The position numbers were made by a program, and so were the translations under genes. From assembly GCA_964444505.1 (NCBI GenBank), contig CAYUHF010000007.1, positions 6,720 to 70,719 on the forward strand: 64,000 bases of DNA, given 5' to 3'. The stretch is from an uncultured Methanosarcinales archaeon. Lineage in GTDB: Archaea > Nanobdellota > Nanobdellia > Woesearchaeales > JAGVZT01. Numbering within the stretch: the stretch's first letter is position 1; each line of letters begins with the position of its first letter. Of this stretch, positions 19,844-28,387 are shown one piece after another. The notes beneath the pieces are model-generated. The model had not been told where the DNA came from. It was given only the letters and a program-made list of their open reading frames with translations, and made no database searches.

Positions 19844-22210
19844 TTATGGTTGAATTTCTGGTTCTCCAAATTCAACTGTTTCTGCTTTTATTGTTGCTTT
19901 AATGTCATCAAGCATTGGCTCAACATAATGGTATTTTTCGTCAATTACTACTTTTGAGAGTGGTTCAGCAAGACTCATCTGGTTGTCTGTTTTGTATTTT
20001 CTTACCTTGTCAATTATTTCAACTGCTGCTCTTCCTGCTTTTAATAATTCCTTATCGCATTCTCCTGTTTTTGGCCAGGATGTGTTGTGAATGCTTTTTT
20101 GCGGTTCATGGTTTACAAAGTATAAGTGGTATATTTCCTCTGTAATATGCGGCATTATTGGTGCCATGAGTTTTAATGTTGCAAAGACTGCTTTGTAAAG
20201 AGTGTACTGAGCTGATAGTCTTGCACCTTTTCCTCGCTTTTCTGGATTGTATACTCTGTCTTTAACAATCTCGAGATAATAGTCGCAGAATATGTTTTTG
20301 AAAAAGTTCTCGCTTTCTGCTCTTGATTTAGAGTATTCATATTTGTCAAAGCTTTGTGTGCATATATTTACTGTGTTCTGGAGTTCAGCAAGTATCCACT
20401 TGTCTGTCGGGTGCAGTTCTGGCTGCTGCTTTTCATATTCTTCAAGGTGCATTAGTGCAAATCTTGATGCATTCCAGAGTTTTTTTATCATTTTTTTTGC
20501 TGTGACAAGGTCTTTTTCCTTGAAAGCAAGGTCTTCTCCAAGTTTTGAGCCTGCTGCCCAGAATCTTAAGCAGTCTGCACTGTACTTTTGAGTCATCTTT
20601 CTTGGGTCAATTACATTTCCCTTGGATTTTGACATTTTCTGTCCTTTTGGGTCAAGCGCCCATCCTGAGATTACACAGTCTCTCCATGGGTTTATATTGT
20701 TGTGAAGTCGTGATTTGACAACTGTATTGAACAGCCAAAACGTGATTATATCGTGTGCCTGAGGTCTAAGTGTACTTGGGTAAAGGTCATTATATCTCTC
20801 TGGTACAAGTGATGCTGCTATTTGTGGTGATAGTGATGAGGTTGCCCATGTGTTTATTATGTCTGTTTCCGGGATGATTTTGTCTGAACCGCATTTCGGG
20901 CATTTATCAACAGGGGGGTCATCCACTATTGGATCTACCGGAAGGTCTTCTTCTGGTGCCAGGATTACTTCATCGCACTCTTCACAATACCATACTGGAA
21001 ATGGTATTCCAAAGAAGATCTGTCTGGAGATGCACCAGTCCCACTGTAGTCCTTTGACCCAGTTTTCATACCTGTTTCTCATATGGTCAGGATACCAGTT
21101 TAGTTCTTTTCCCCACTCAAGCATCTCTTCTTTTAAGTCCAAATATTTTACAAACCACTGTTTCGAATGAATAAACTCGATTTCTGTGCCGCACCTTTCG
21201 TGCACATTCACTGTGTGTTCTATAGGTCTTTCTTTTATTAGAAGATCTTTTTGTTTCATATCTTCGATCATTTGTGCTCGTGCCTTTTTCATATTGATAC
21301 CCTGGTATTTACCGGCAAGCTCTGTCATTTTTCCTTCTTTTGTTATTGCTTCTTTTATCGGAAGGTTGTATGCTTTCTGCCACTCTGTGTCTGTCAGGTC
21401 GCCAAACGTGCAGCACATAACTATGCCACTTCCTTTTTCAGGGTCAACTCTTTCGTCTTCCATAATAGGAACCTTGAAATCAAATAGTGGTGGCTTGGCC
21501 TGTTTTCCCTCAAGATGCTTGTACCTTGTATCTTCTGGATGATAGAATACTGCAACACATGCAGGGAGTAGTTCTGGCCGTGTTGTTGCTATTACAACAT
21601 CTTCTCCTTCTGTTTTGAATATGATATCAACAAATTTTGATGGTTTTACTGCATCTTCACACTCTACCTGTGATATTGCTGTCATACATTTTGGACAGTA
21701 CATTGCTGGTGCTTCTTTTCTGTATTCTCTTCCTTTTTTGTATAAATCAATGAATGATTTTTGTGAGATCTTTCTTGGTCTGTCTTTTATTGTCTTATAG
21801 ATTAATGAGAAATCACAGCTCATTCCGATGTTTTTCCAGTCCTGAATAAACTCGGGTCTTATTTCCTTATCAAGTGTTTCCATGCACAGCTTTCTGAATT
21901 TTTCTCTTCCCAAATCCACTGCACGTACTCCTTTCTTTTTTTCTATAAGAAGTTGTGTGGGAAGACCATTTCCATCTGTTCCAAATGGATAAAAAACATT
22001 AAAACCAGCCATTTTCTTGTACCGTGCAATAAAATCCTGCTGAGAATATGAAAATGCGTGTCCAAGGTGCATTCTTCCGGATATTGTTGGCGGCGGGGTG
22101 TCTATGCTGAATATTGGTTTTTTTGATTTCTTATCAAATTTGTTTATCCCTTCTTTTTCCCAGAAGTTCTGCCAGTGGGGCTCTTGTTCCTGTGCATTGT
22201 ATTTTGCCAT
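19844..22210 (-). CDS. valS: valyl-tRNA synthetase
   Basis: Class Ia aaRS with PPPTISGRMHLGHAFSYSQQDFIARYKKM (ValRS-type HIGH region) and KMSKSKGN; 788 aa. Confidence 0.8.
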   Translation of the reverse strand: MAKYNAQEQEPHWQNFWEKEGINKFDKKSKKPIFSIDTPPPTISGRMHLGHAFSYSQQDFIARYKKMAGFNVFYPFGTDGNGLPTQLLIEKKKGVRAVDLGREKFRKLCMETLDKEIRPEFIQDWKNIGMSCDFSLIYKTIKDRPRKISQKSFIDLYKKGREYRKEAPAMYCPKCMTAISQVECEDAVKPSKFVDIIFKTEGEDVVIATTRPELLPACVAVFYHPEDTRYKHLEGKQAKPPLFDFKVPIMEDERVDPEKGSGIVMCCTFGDLTDTEWQKAYNLPIKEAITKEGKMTELAGKYQGINMKKARAQMIEDMKQKDLLIKERPIEHTVNVHERCGTEIEFIHSKQWFVKYLDLKEEMLEWGKELNWYPDHMRNRYENWVKGLQWDWCISRQIFFGIPFPVWYCEECDEVILAPEEDLPVDPIVDDPPVDKCPKCGSDKIIPETDIINTWATSSLSPQIAASLVPERYNDLYPSTLRPQAHDIITFWLFNTVVKSRLHNNINPWRDCVISGWALDPKGQKMSKSKGNVIDPRKMTQKYSADCLRFWAAGSKLGEDLAFKEKDLVTAKKMIKKLWNASRFALMHLEEYEKQQPELHPTDKWILAELQNTVNICTQSFDKYEYSKSRAESENFFKNIFCDYYLEIVKDRVYNPEKRGKGARLSAQYTLYKAVFATLKLMAPIMPHITEEIYHLYFVNHEPQKSIHNTSWPKTGECDKELLKAGRAAVEIIDKVRKYKTDNQMSLAEPLSKVVIDEKYHYVEPMLDDIKATIKAETVEFGEPEIQP

Positions 22211-22324
22211 ACAGAAAAGTTATATTAACTGATATTTAAATCTTAAGAAAGATGATTTTGAAAAGCTGATTTACATTTGACAAATTCACAAGTTTTTTAA
22301 ATAAGGCCATTTTACCTATTAAGC

Positions 22325-22606
22325 ATGGCAAGACTAGGCGGCAAGCGGAGAAAAACACGGCACAAATTAAAGAAAAAAATACGTGATCGTGGAAAAGTCA
22401 CTATAAGTAGACATATGCAGGAGTTTAAAGAGGGTGACAGAGTAAACCTTGTTACTGAGCCTGCTGTTCAGAAAGGGCAGTTTGATCCTAAGTTTCACGG
22501 AAAATCAGGAGTTGTGAAAGCGAAAAAAGGATCATGCTATATTGTGACTATAAATGATAAGGGAAAGCAAAAAGAATTAATAGTACATCCTGTTCACATG
22601 AAATAA
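22325..22606 (+). CDS. rpl21e: 50S ribosomal protein L21e
   Basis: The N-terminus is MARLGGKRRKTRHKLKKK and the KGD..VQKG core is present. Confidence 0.9.
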   Translation: MARLGGKRRKTRHKLKKKIRDRGKVTISRHMQEFKEGDRVNLVTEPAVQKGQFDPKFHGKSGVVKAKKGSCYIVTINDKGKQKELIVHPVHMK

Positions 22607-22607
22607 A

Positions 22608-22952
22608 ATGGGAGATCCAAAACTTATCTCAGAAGAACCAATGAGTATGTTGGAACTTCGAGAGGAACTGAAATCCATCAAAAAAAGAGATGAAGAACTT
22701 AGTTTTAGAGCCTCTAAGATGGAAGATTACCTGAATTCTTTTGTTACAAATGAGAAGAAAGAGGCAGAAAAGATCCAAAAAGAGATTGAAGAGCTTGAAG
22801 TCCCAAGACTAAGAGACCTTCATATCAAAAAGATTCTTGATCTTATGCCTTCTACAATGGAACAGCTTAAGCTTGTTCTAGATGGCTATTCACTGACTGT
22901 TAAGCAGTCTAACATGAAAAAGATTCTAAAGGTTCTTAAGAGCCATCAGTAG
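22608..22952 (+). CDS. rpoF: RNA polymerase subunit F (Rpo4/Rpb4-like)
   Basis: Canonical position after L21e; 114-aa helical acidic protein. Confidence 0.65.
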   Translation: MGDPKLISEEPMSMLELREELKSIKKRDEELSFRASKMEDYLNSFVTNEKKEAEKIQKEIEELEVPRLRDLHIKKILDLMPSTMEQLKLVLDGYSLTVKQSNMKKILKVLKSHQ

Positions 22953-22990
22953 AAAGATTTATAAAATATCTTGACATTTGAGAGTATACA

Positions 22991-23542
22991 ATGGTTAAGG
23001 AAGATTACGGGGTGGTGCTAGACTATCTGTCTCATGGTTATCCATTTGATAAGAGGCCCATGCACAGAAAGACACCAATTGTACAGGTTTTAGGTAAAGA
23101 TCATTATGTTCTTTTAGAGCTTGTTCCCAAAAAAAATGTTGCTCCTCAGTTGCAGGATGAAGTTTATATTGGGGAGGGTAAAAGGGAAAAGATTCACCAC
23201 ATTGTTGGTAAGCTTCCTTATGAAAAACTTACGAGCACTGCAAAGGCTGAACTGAAGTATGCTGTGAAAAATCTTGTTGAAGAAAGAGAACAGGAATATG
23301 TGAAGTTTTTTAACAAGGCCAGGCCTTTGAGCACCAGGATGCATTCTCTTGAGCTTTTGCCAGGACTTGGCAAGAAGAGGATGTGGGATATAATAAAGGA
23401 AAGAAAGGTTGAGCCTTTCAAGAGTTTTGATGACATTAAAGATAGAGTTAAACTTATGCCGGATCCAAAAAAATTAATCATCAAGAGGATTATGGAAGAG
23501 ATTGCCGGACATGAGAAGCATCATCTGTTTGTTGAGAGATAG
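22991..23542 (+). CDS. DUF655 predicted RNA-binding protein
   Basis: Conserved third gene of the archaeal L21e-rpoF-DUF655 block. The N-terminus is MVKEDYGVVLDYLSHGYP. Confidence 0.65.
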   Translation: MVKEDYGVVLDYLSHGYPFDKRPMHRKTPIVQVLGKDHYVLLELVPKKNVAPQLQDEVYIGEGKREKIHHIVGKLPYEKLTSTAKAELKYAVKNLVEEREQEYVKFFNKARPLSTRMHSLELLPGLGKKRMWDIIKERKVEPFKSFDDIKDRVKLMPDPKKLIIKRIMEEIAGHEKHHLFVER

Positions 23543-23662
23543 AGTTTCTTCAGATGTAGAATCGCATTTTGAGTTTGTGCTTAACATTTGAATAACTAGT
23601 ATTTCACTAATTAGTAGTAAAATAACGAAATATTTATATACTTGTAAATCAATTTATTAATT

Positions 23663-24121
23663 ATGCAATCCAAAAAAAGTGGTACTCCTGTTGACTCCAT
23701 TTCACCTAGCCGTGTTGAACTTATTGCAAAGAGTATTGAAGACGGCTTAATTGGGAGTTCAGATGATCTAAAAACAAGATTAGAACATCTTGATTCTGAA
23801 GATCTTTACTTTTTAAGATCAATAGATATTTATGATGAATTCTTTTTCAATGGAGAAACATGGGATTATGCTTTTCATGAAGGTCAGAATTTTGAGACTG
23901 ATCTCGGGGCCATGGTTCAGATGTACTCAGAAGGTGTAAACAGAGGTTTGGTAATTTTGTTTGAGCCTGAAGAATTTGCAGAATATCTTACTGTAGGTGA
24001 CAACGGCTACTTCCAGTGCAGAAAGGATTTTGTTGGTGAGGTAAGTATGTACTTTGTGCAGGACGAACTGCAATATTACGATGACAATGAATTAAAAACC
24101 AGAAAGATGTTTTCTTTTTAA
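23663..24121 (+). CDS. hypothetical acidic protein
   Basis: 152-aa ORF. Confidence 0.4.
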   Translation: MQSKKSGTPVDSISPSRVELIAKSIEDGLIGSSDDLKTRLEHLDSEDLYFLRSIDIYDEFFFNGETWDYAFHEGQNFETDLGAMVQMYSEGVNRGLVILFEPEEFAEYLTVGDNGYFQCRKDFVGEVSMYFVQDELQYYDDNELKTRKMFSF

Positions 24122-24215
24122 CTGGTTATGTGATTCTTCTCCATATATTGAACACTCTAGATTTTAGCTTACTACACAGTAGTACGATTACAAAAAATTA
24201 ATATAACTGAATAAA

Positions 24216-24887
24216 TTGCTTGACAAAATGGATGCAAAACAGATTCAAAGACAGTATAATTCATTATCACCTTTCTATGATATGCTTCACCATCTGCAGA
24301 CTCTCTGGGCAGATGATATTCACAGAAAGGCAGTGGTTGAAGCAATCCATAGCAAGCCAGGTTACAGAATATTAGACATTGGTACTGGTACAGGTTTAAC
24401 TGCAGTTATGGCTGGGCAAGAGCATCCACAAGCTGTGATTGTTGGAATTGATTTTTCCAATGGTCAGATTAAACAGGCTTGCAAGAAGATTTCAGGTGAT
24501 CTTGAGAACAGAGTAGAATTTGTCTGCGCTGACGCTACAAAAATGCAATTCTCTAATGATTCTTTTGATTGTGTCATATCTGCTTATGGAATGGGTGGGA
24601 TTGTTGATATTGATTGTGCTTTAAATGAGATAAAAAGGGTTGCAAAACCTGATGCACAGCTAGTTTTTGCTGAGATGTCAGATACTCCACAAAAATACAG
24701 AGTGAGAAAAACAATCCATAACTACATCGTGGAGCCGATCATTAAAATGATATGGGGGTTTAGAGATCTTGACCTGCCGAATCTTTTTAAAAAACATGGA
24801 CTTGAAATAGAAACAGAGCAGTTTTTTAATGACAGATATTTGGGGAGCACAACTCTTGTCAGGGGATATAATTCCCAACAGAATTAA
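24216..24887 (+). CDS. class I SAM-dependent methyltransferase (UbiE/Methyltransf_11-like)
   Basis: Contains ILDIGTGTGLTAVMAG motif I and an acidic motif II. Confidence 0.75.
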   Translation: MLDKMDAKQIQRQYNSLSPFYDMLHHLQTLWADDIHRKAVVEAIHSKPGYRILDIGTGTGLTAVMAGQEHPQAVIVGIDFSNGQIKQACKKISGDLENRVEFVCADATKMQFSNDSFDCVISAYGMGGIVDIDCALNEIKRVAKPDAQLVFAEMSDTPQKYRVRKTIHNYIVEPIIKMIWGFRDLDLPNLFKKHGLEIETEQFFNDRYLGSTTLVRGYNSQQN

Positions 24888-24963
24888 TGCGGTCTGATTC
24901 CTTTAGATTGCCATTATTTAATAGTAATATTTATATCTACAGACTTATTGTAATATAATCACA

Positions 24964-25209
24964 GTGAAGGTTTCATATATTATTGGGGTTGCGGTATTTG
25001 CTTTATTAATTGTAATGGCGTTAGTTTTGATGAGCTTGACTGATTCGCAAAGTGATATGAACTATAATTCTAATGAGGAATCTGAGTGCATAGACAAGTG
25101 TATTACAGATTGCTCAAGCGAAGTTGATTGCGTAAAAAATTGTCTTCACACTAAATGTGGTATGAAAACAAATAAAGGAAGTATGGAAGCTATCACTACA
25201 ACTATTTGA
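24964..25209 (+). CDS. small secreted/membrane Cys-rich protein
   Basis: GTG start, N-terminal hydrophobic segment and 8 Cys in the C-terminal half. Confidence 0.3.
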   Translation: MKVSYIIGVAVFALLIVMALVLMSLTDSQSDMNYNSNEESECIDKCITDCSSEVDCVKNCLHTKCGMKTNKGSMEAITTTI

Positions 25210-25299
25210 TATCTTAATGGTTCAACAGACTCAAGTTGTTTTATAACAAATGGTTAATTTGATCAACAATCGCGGCGTTAGAATCCCCATTGAAAGACA

Positions 25300-25557
25300 T
25301 TAAAAACCTTCTTGTCCAATATTTCGCAATACATCCTTGATCTCATCAATCACTTTTTTCTGGTTCTTCTTGTCAGACATTCTCACAAATTTTATTACAA
25401 GGTCTTTTAGTTCTTCTTGTTTTAGAAACTTAATCTTGTATCCATCATTTGCGAAGTAGAATCGGAAATTTTTGTACATGATTTCCTTGATGAGAATCCT
25501 TCCAACAACTCCGATTTCTTTTCCATTTTTTGGATTTTTCTTTAATTTCCTCATCAA
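25300..25557 (-). CDS. hypothetical small basic protein
   Basis: 85-aa ORF adjacent to the TA pair. Confidence 0.3.
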   Translation of the reverse strand: MMRKLKKNPKNGKEIGVVGRILIKEIMYKNFRFYFANDGYKIKFLKQEELKDLVIKFVRMSDKKNQKKVIDEIKDVLRNIGQEGF

Positions 25558-25580
25558 TGAGAAAAATTAAACTCTACGTA

Positions 25581-25883
25581 TTACTGTTTATCCTTATGTG
25601 AAAATTCCACAATTCTTATGATTTTTTCTTTTGAATAATATTTGAAGTAAAGTCTAAATGAATTAAGATAAACTTCCCTTTCTCCTTTTCTTGTGTATCT
25701 CAGCCGCTTACCAATCTTCGGGTTCTTGACAATCTTTAGAATCTGTTTGAATAGTTGGACCTTTTTGCTGTTATCCCTGATCTTTTTTACTTGTTTATCA
25801 AATTCATGAGAAAAACGTATGGAAACTTGGGTTTCACTGGCAGTTTCAACAATTCTCTTTCGAAGATCATCAACTTGGCTCAT
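25581..25883 (-). CDS. RelE/ParE-family toxin
   Basis: C-terminal RYTRKGEREVYLNSFRLYFKYY..IIRIVEFSHKDK matches the RelE/ParE pattern. There is a 4-nt overlap with the upstream antitoxin. Confidence 0.55.
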   Translation of the reverse strand: MSQVDDLRKRIVETASETQVSIRFSHEFDKQVKKIRDNSKKVQLFKQILKIVKNPKIGKRLRYTRKGEREVYLNSFRLYFKYYSKEKIIRIVEFSHKDKQ

Positions 25884-26161
25884 TTTAGAACATCTTCTGC
25901 CTCGAGTTCTTTACCGTCCTCCATATCAGTTAGTATCTTATCATGTCTCATTGCTCTTATAAAATCTTCAGCGTATTTACTTTTGATTTTCTTAATCTTA
26001 AGAACATCCTTGACTGGTCTGATAACTATCTCATTATCTTCAGACATCACCACGAGTTGTTCATCTTTAACCAAGCCAAGTTTGGTCCGAATATTCTTGG
26101 GTATTACTATCTGTCCTTTTGTACTCATCTTAGAGATTCCGATTTCCATAAACTTCACCAA
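25880..26161 (-). CDS. AbrB/MazE-family antitoxin
   Basis: Swapped-hairpin motif MSTKGQIVIPKNIRTKLGL. Confidence 0.55.
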   Translation of the reverse strand: MVKFMEIGISKMSTKGQIVIPKNIRTKLGLVKDEQLVVMSEDNEIVIRPVKDVLKIKKIKSKYAEDFIRAMRHDKILTDMEDGKELEAEDVLK

Positions 26162-26246
26162 AAGTAAGAAAAGTAAGACAGTTTATATGGTTTTTGTTCT
26201 GGAAGTCAAAAATGTTCTATGTTTAAATGTCAATTTTGCAAATATT

Positions 26247-26933
26247 TCATGACTGACTTTTACCATCCTCAACTATCAGCGCATGATATTCCTGAAACAT
26301 CTTGTAGTCTTTCTCTAGATTATCTTCCAACAAAGTTTTTATCTCATCATACTTTGCTTTCTTTGAAATCAATCTTTTCTTTAGCAAAAACCTTTTTGTG
26401 TAAGCATCTACAACAAACTCCGGCTGTTTATAGGCATACAACAGAATTGAATCTGCTGTCTCTGGTCCTATTCCCCAGATATCAAGGAGTTGTTCTCGTG
26501 TTGGTATTTTTCCATCCAATCCAATGAAAAACTTTGAAAAAATCTTGAGTTTCTTTGTCTTCTGTCTGAAGTAGCCTGCTGGTCTAATGGTTTTTTGGAG
26601 TTTTTCTTTGGGTGTTTTGATTATTGATTCCGGGTCGAGAAGATCTTGTTTGTACAGATTAAGAAGTGCTTTTGAGGCCTGGTTCCATGATGTGTTTTGT
26701 GTTAAGATTGCTCCGCAACAGATTTCAAATTTCTGTTCTTGTGTTTTTGGATATGAATAATCTCCGGGGTGGTACCCTCCATAGTTTTTGTTTCCCTTTT
26801 TGTATTTGACTTGTCCAATTTCTATTAGGGGCCACCATCCCTGTAGTCCGTACTTTTTTAAGAGTTTTTCATAGATTTTTTTCATAATAGCTTGAGCAGA
26901 ATAATTCTTTATTAGTTTTTCTAAGATTGGCAA
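26247..26933 (-). CDS. HhH-GPD superfamily DNA glycosylase (EndoIII/MagIII-like)
   Basis: Helix-hairpin-helix LLDIWGIGPETADSILLYA followed by a catalytic Asp (VVDAYTKR). Confidence 0.6.
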   Translation of the reverse strand: MPILEKLIKNYSAQAIMKKIYEKLLKKYGLQGWWPLIEIGQVKYKKGNKNYGGYHPGDYSYPKTQEQKFEICCGAILTQNTSWNQASKALLNLYKQDLLDPESIIKTPKEKLQKTIRPAGYFRQKTKKLKIFSKFFIGLDGKIPTREQLLDIWGIGPETADSILLYAYKQPEFVVDAYTKRFLLKKRLISKKAKYDEIKTLLEDNLEKDYKMFQEYHALIVEDGKSQS

Positions 26934-26967
26934 AAAGTTTATATTTGACTATTGTAAAGTAAATAAC

Positions 26968-27738
26968 ATGATTGCCACTTATGATGAGATTGAAAAAGCA
27001 TCTGAGATTGTGTACAGAGTTTTTAATCATGCTGTTTTCACTGATCCTGATTTTTATTCTGATTCCTCCCGTGTTCCTGACTATTTGGTATTGACTGAGT
27101 TCAACCAAAACCCTCATGAAAGACTAGGTCAGTTTAAGAGCCCCACAATAGATAGATATCTTAAAGTCTTTCCAGCTGGCGGGGTTATGGGAGCAAAGAG
27201 TTCTATTGAACTTTGCGTTGATAATGCAGAGTCAGATGGAAATTGTACAATTGAAGATTATCTTGACATGTTTTACAGAGGACCATATGAAGAAGGTTGG
27301 GCTCTTGGGATCTCTCCAATCATTGTGTTTAAGGGTGAATGCATTGCACAGTGTGTACAAGTTGATTTTGAGGTCGGACCGGACCACTATTCTACTGTGA
27401 AAGAAATGCTTACATCAAGACACCAGGCAGACAAAGACCTATGTTTTCCAACCGAAGGACTTTTTGTGGTAAGTTCTACTGAAGGTATGCACTTTCACTC
27501 ATCATTGTATTTTCCACGACCTTCTGGTAACTCCTGTGTATCTCATGGGTATGGTACTTTTCTTCTTTTGAACCATGATGAGCTAAGGCTTGTGGATGAC
27601 AGACAGATTGGACACAATCTGAGATCTCTTCATGAAGAATGGCCTGAAAATAAATTACCAATCGGTCCTTCTGAACTGGGTTGTCTTAGAATTACGAGAA
27701 GCAAAATAAAACCAAGCATGCCAGAAATTATTGATTAG
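26968..27738 (+). CDS. hypothetical protein
   Basis: 256-aa ORF divergent from the TGase-like gene. Confidence 0.4.
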   Translation: MIATYDEIEKASEIVYRVFNHAVFTDPDFYSDSSRVPDYLVLTEFNQNPHERLGQFKSPTIDRYLKVFPAGGVMGAKSSIELCVDNAESDGNCTIEDYLDMFYRGPYEEGWALGISPIIVFKGECIAQCVQVDFEVGPDHYSTVKEMLTSRHQADKDLCFPTEGLFVVSSTEGMHFHSSLYFPRPSGNSCVSHGYGTFLLLNHDELRLVDDRQIGHNLRSLHEEWPENKLPIGPSELGCLRITRSKIKPSMPEIID

Positions 27739-28361
27739 GGTACTTCAATATAATGCTGGTTTTTTTCCCAGTTTTCCCACGGGATTTCTCCAAATTCACA
27801 TTCACTGCATGTCCAATCAAGATATATCCAGCCATCGTTTTTGTATCTTCTTGGGGCTTCATCAAGCTTTATTCGAACATATGCATGTCCATGAACAATT
27901 ACCAGCTGAGCATCAACACCTACAGCTTCCATCAAAGATGCAAGGAGTATTGAACCTGACTCACAGTCTCCGCCACCAGAGGACATAACTTTCACAGGAT
28001 GCTCAATATATTCTGTGCTTAATGGATCAGAGATGTACTGGATTCTGTCCCTTACAAAATAGTAGATTGCCTTTGCATAGCATATCTTGTTGTCCTCACA
28101 AGAGACTGATGCAATTTTATTTGCTGAATATTTAACTTCTGATGGGATTACTGCTGATCTTAAACCATCAACTTCTGAAAAGTTTTGGGAAGGGTCCAGA
28201 ACTTCACTTATCTCTGGAATGCTTGATGGAGATGGATTTTGTCCAATTCCATAATAGGGCACAATAGTTACTATAAGTATAAAAACAAGAATAAGTGCAA
28301 GCATAATCCTAATTGGATTTCTCCAGCTTTGGTCCTCTTGTTCAGACTCTTCCATATTCAT
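27735..28361 (-). CDS. membrane-anchored transglutaminase-like cysteine protease
   Basis: N-terminal TM segment plus a Cys-His-Asp core (GGDCESGSILLASLMEAVG..VIVHGHAYVRI..DWT). It lies 26 nt downstream of the giant gene on the same strand. Confidence 0.65.
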   Translation of the reverse strand: MNMEESEQEDQSWRNPIRIMLALILVFILIVTIVPYYGIGQNPSPSSIPEISEVLDPSQNFSEVDGLRSAVIPSEVKYSANKIASVSCEDNKICYAKAIYYFVRDRIQYISDPLSTEYIEHPVKVMSSGGGDCESGSILLASLMEAVGVDAQLVIVHGHAYVRIKLDEAPRRYKNDGWIYLDWTCSECEFGEIPWENWEKNQHYIEVP

Positions 28362-28387
28362 AGCATATCAAACAGAATTTAAAAGCC

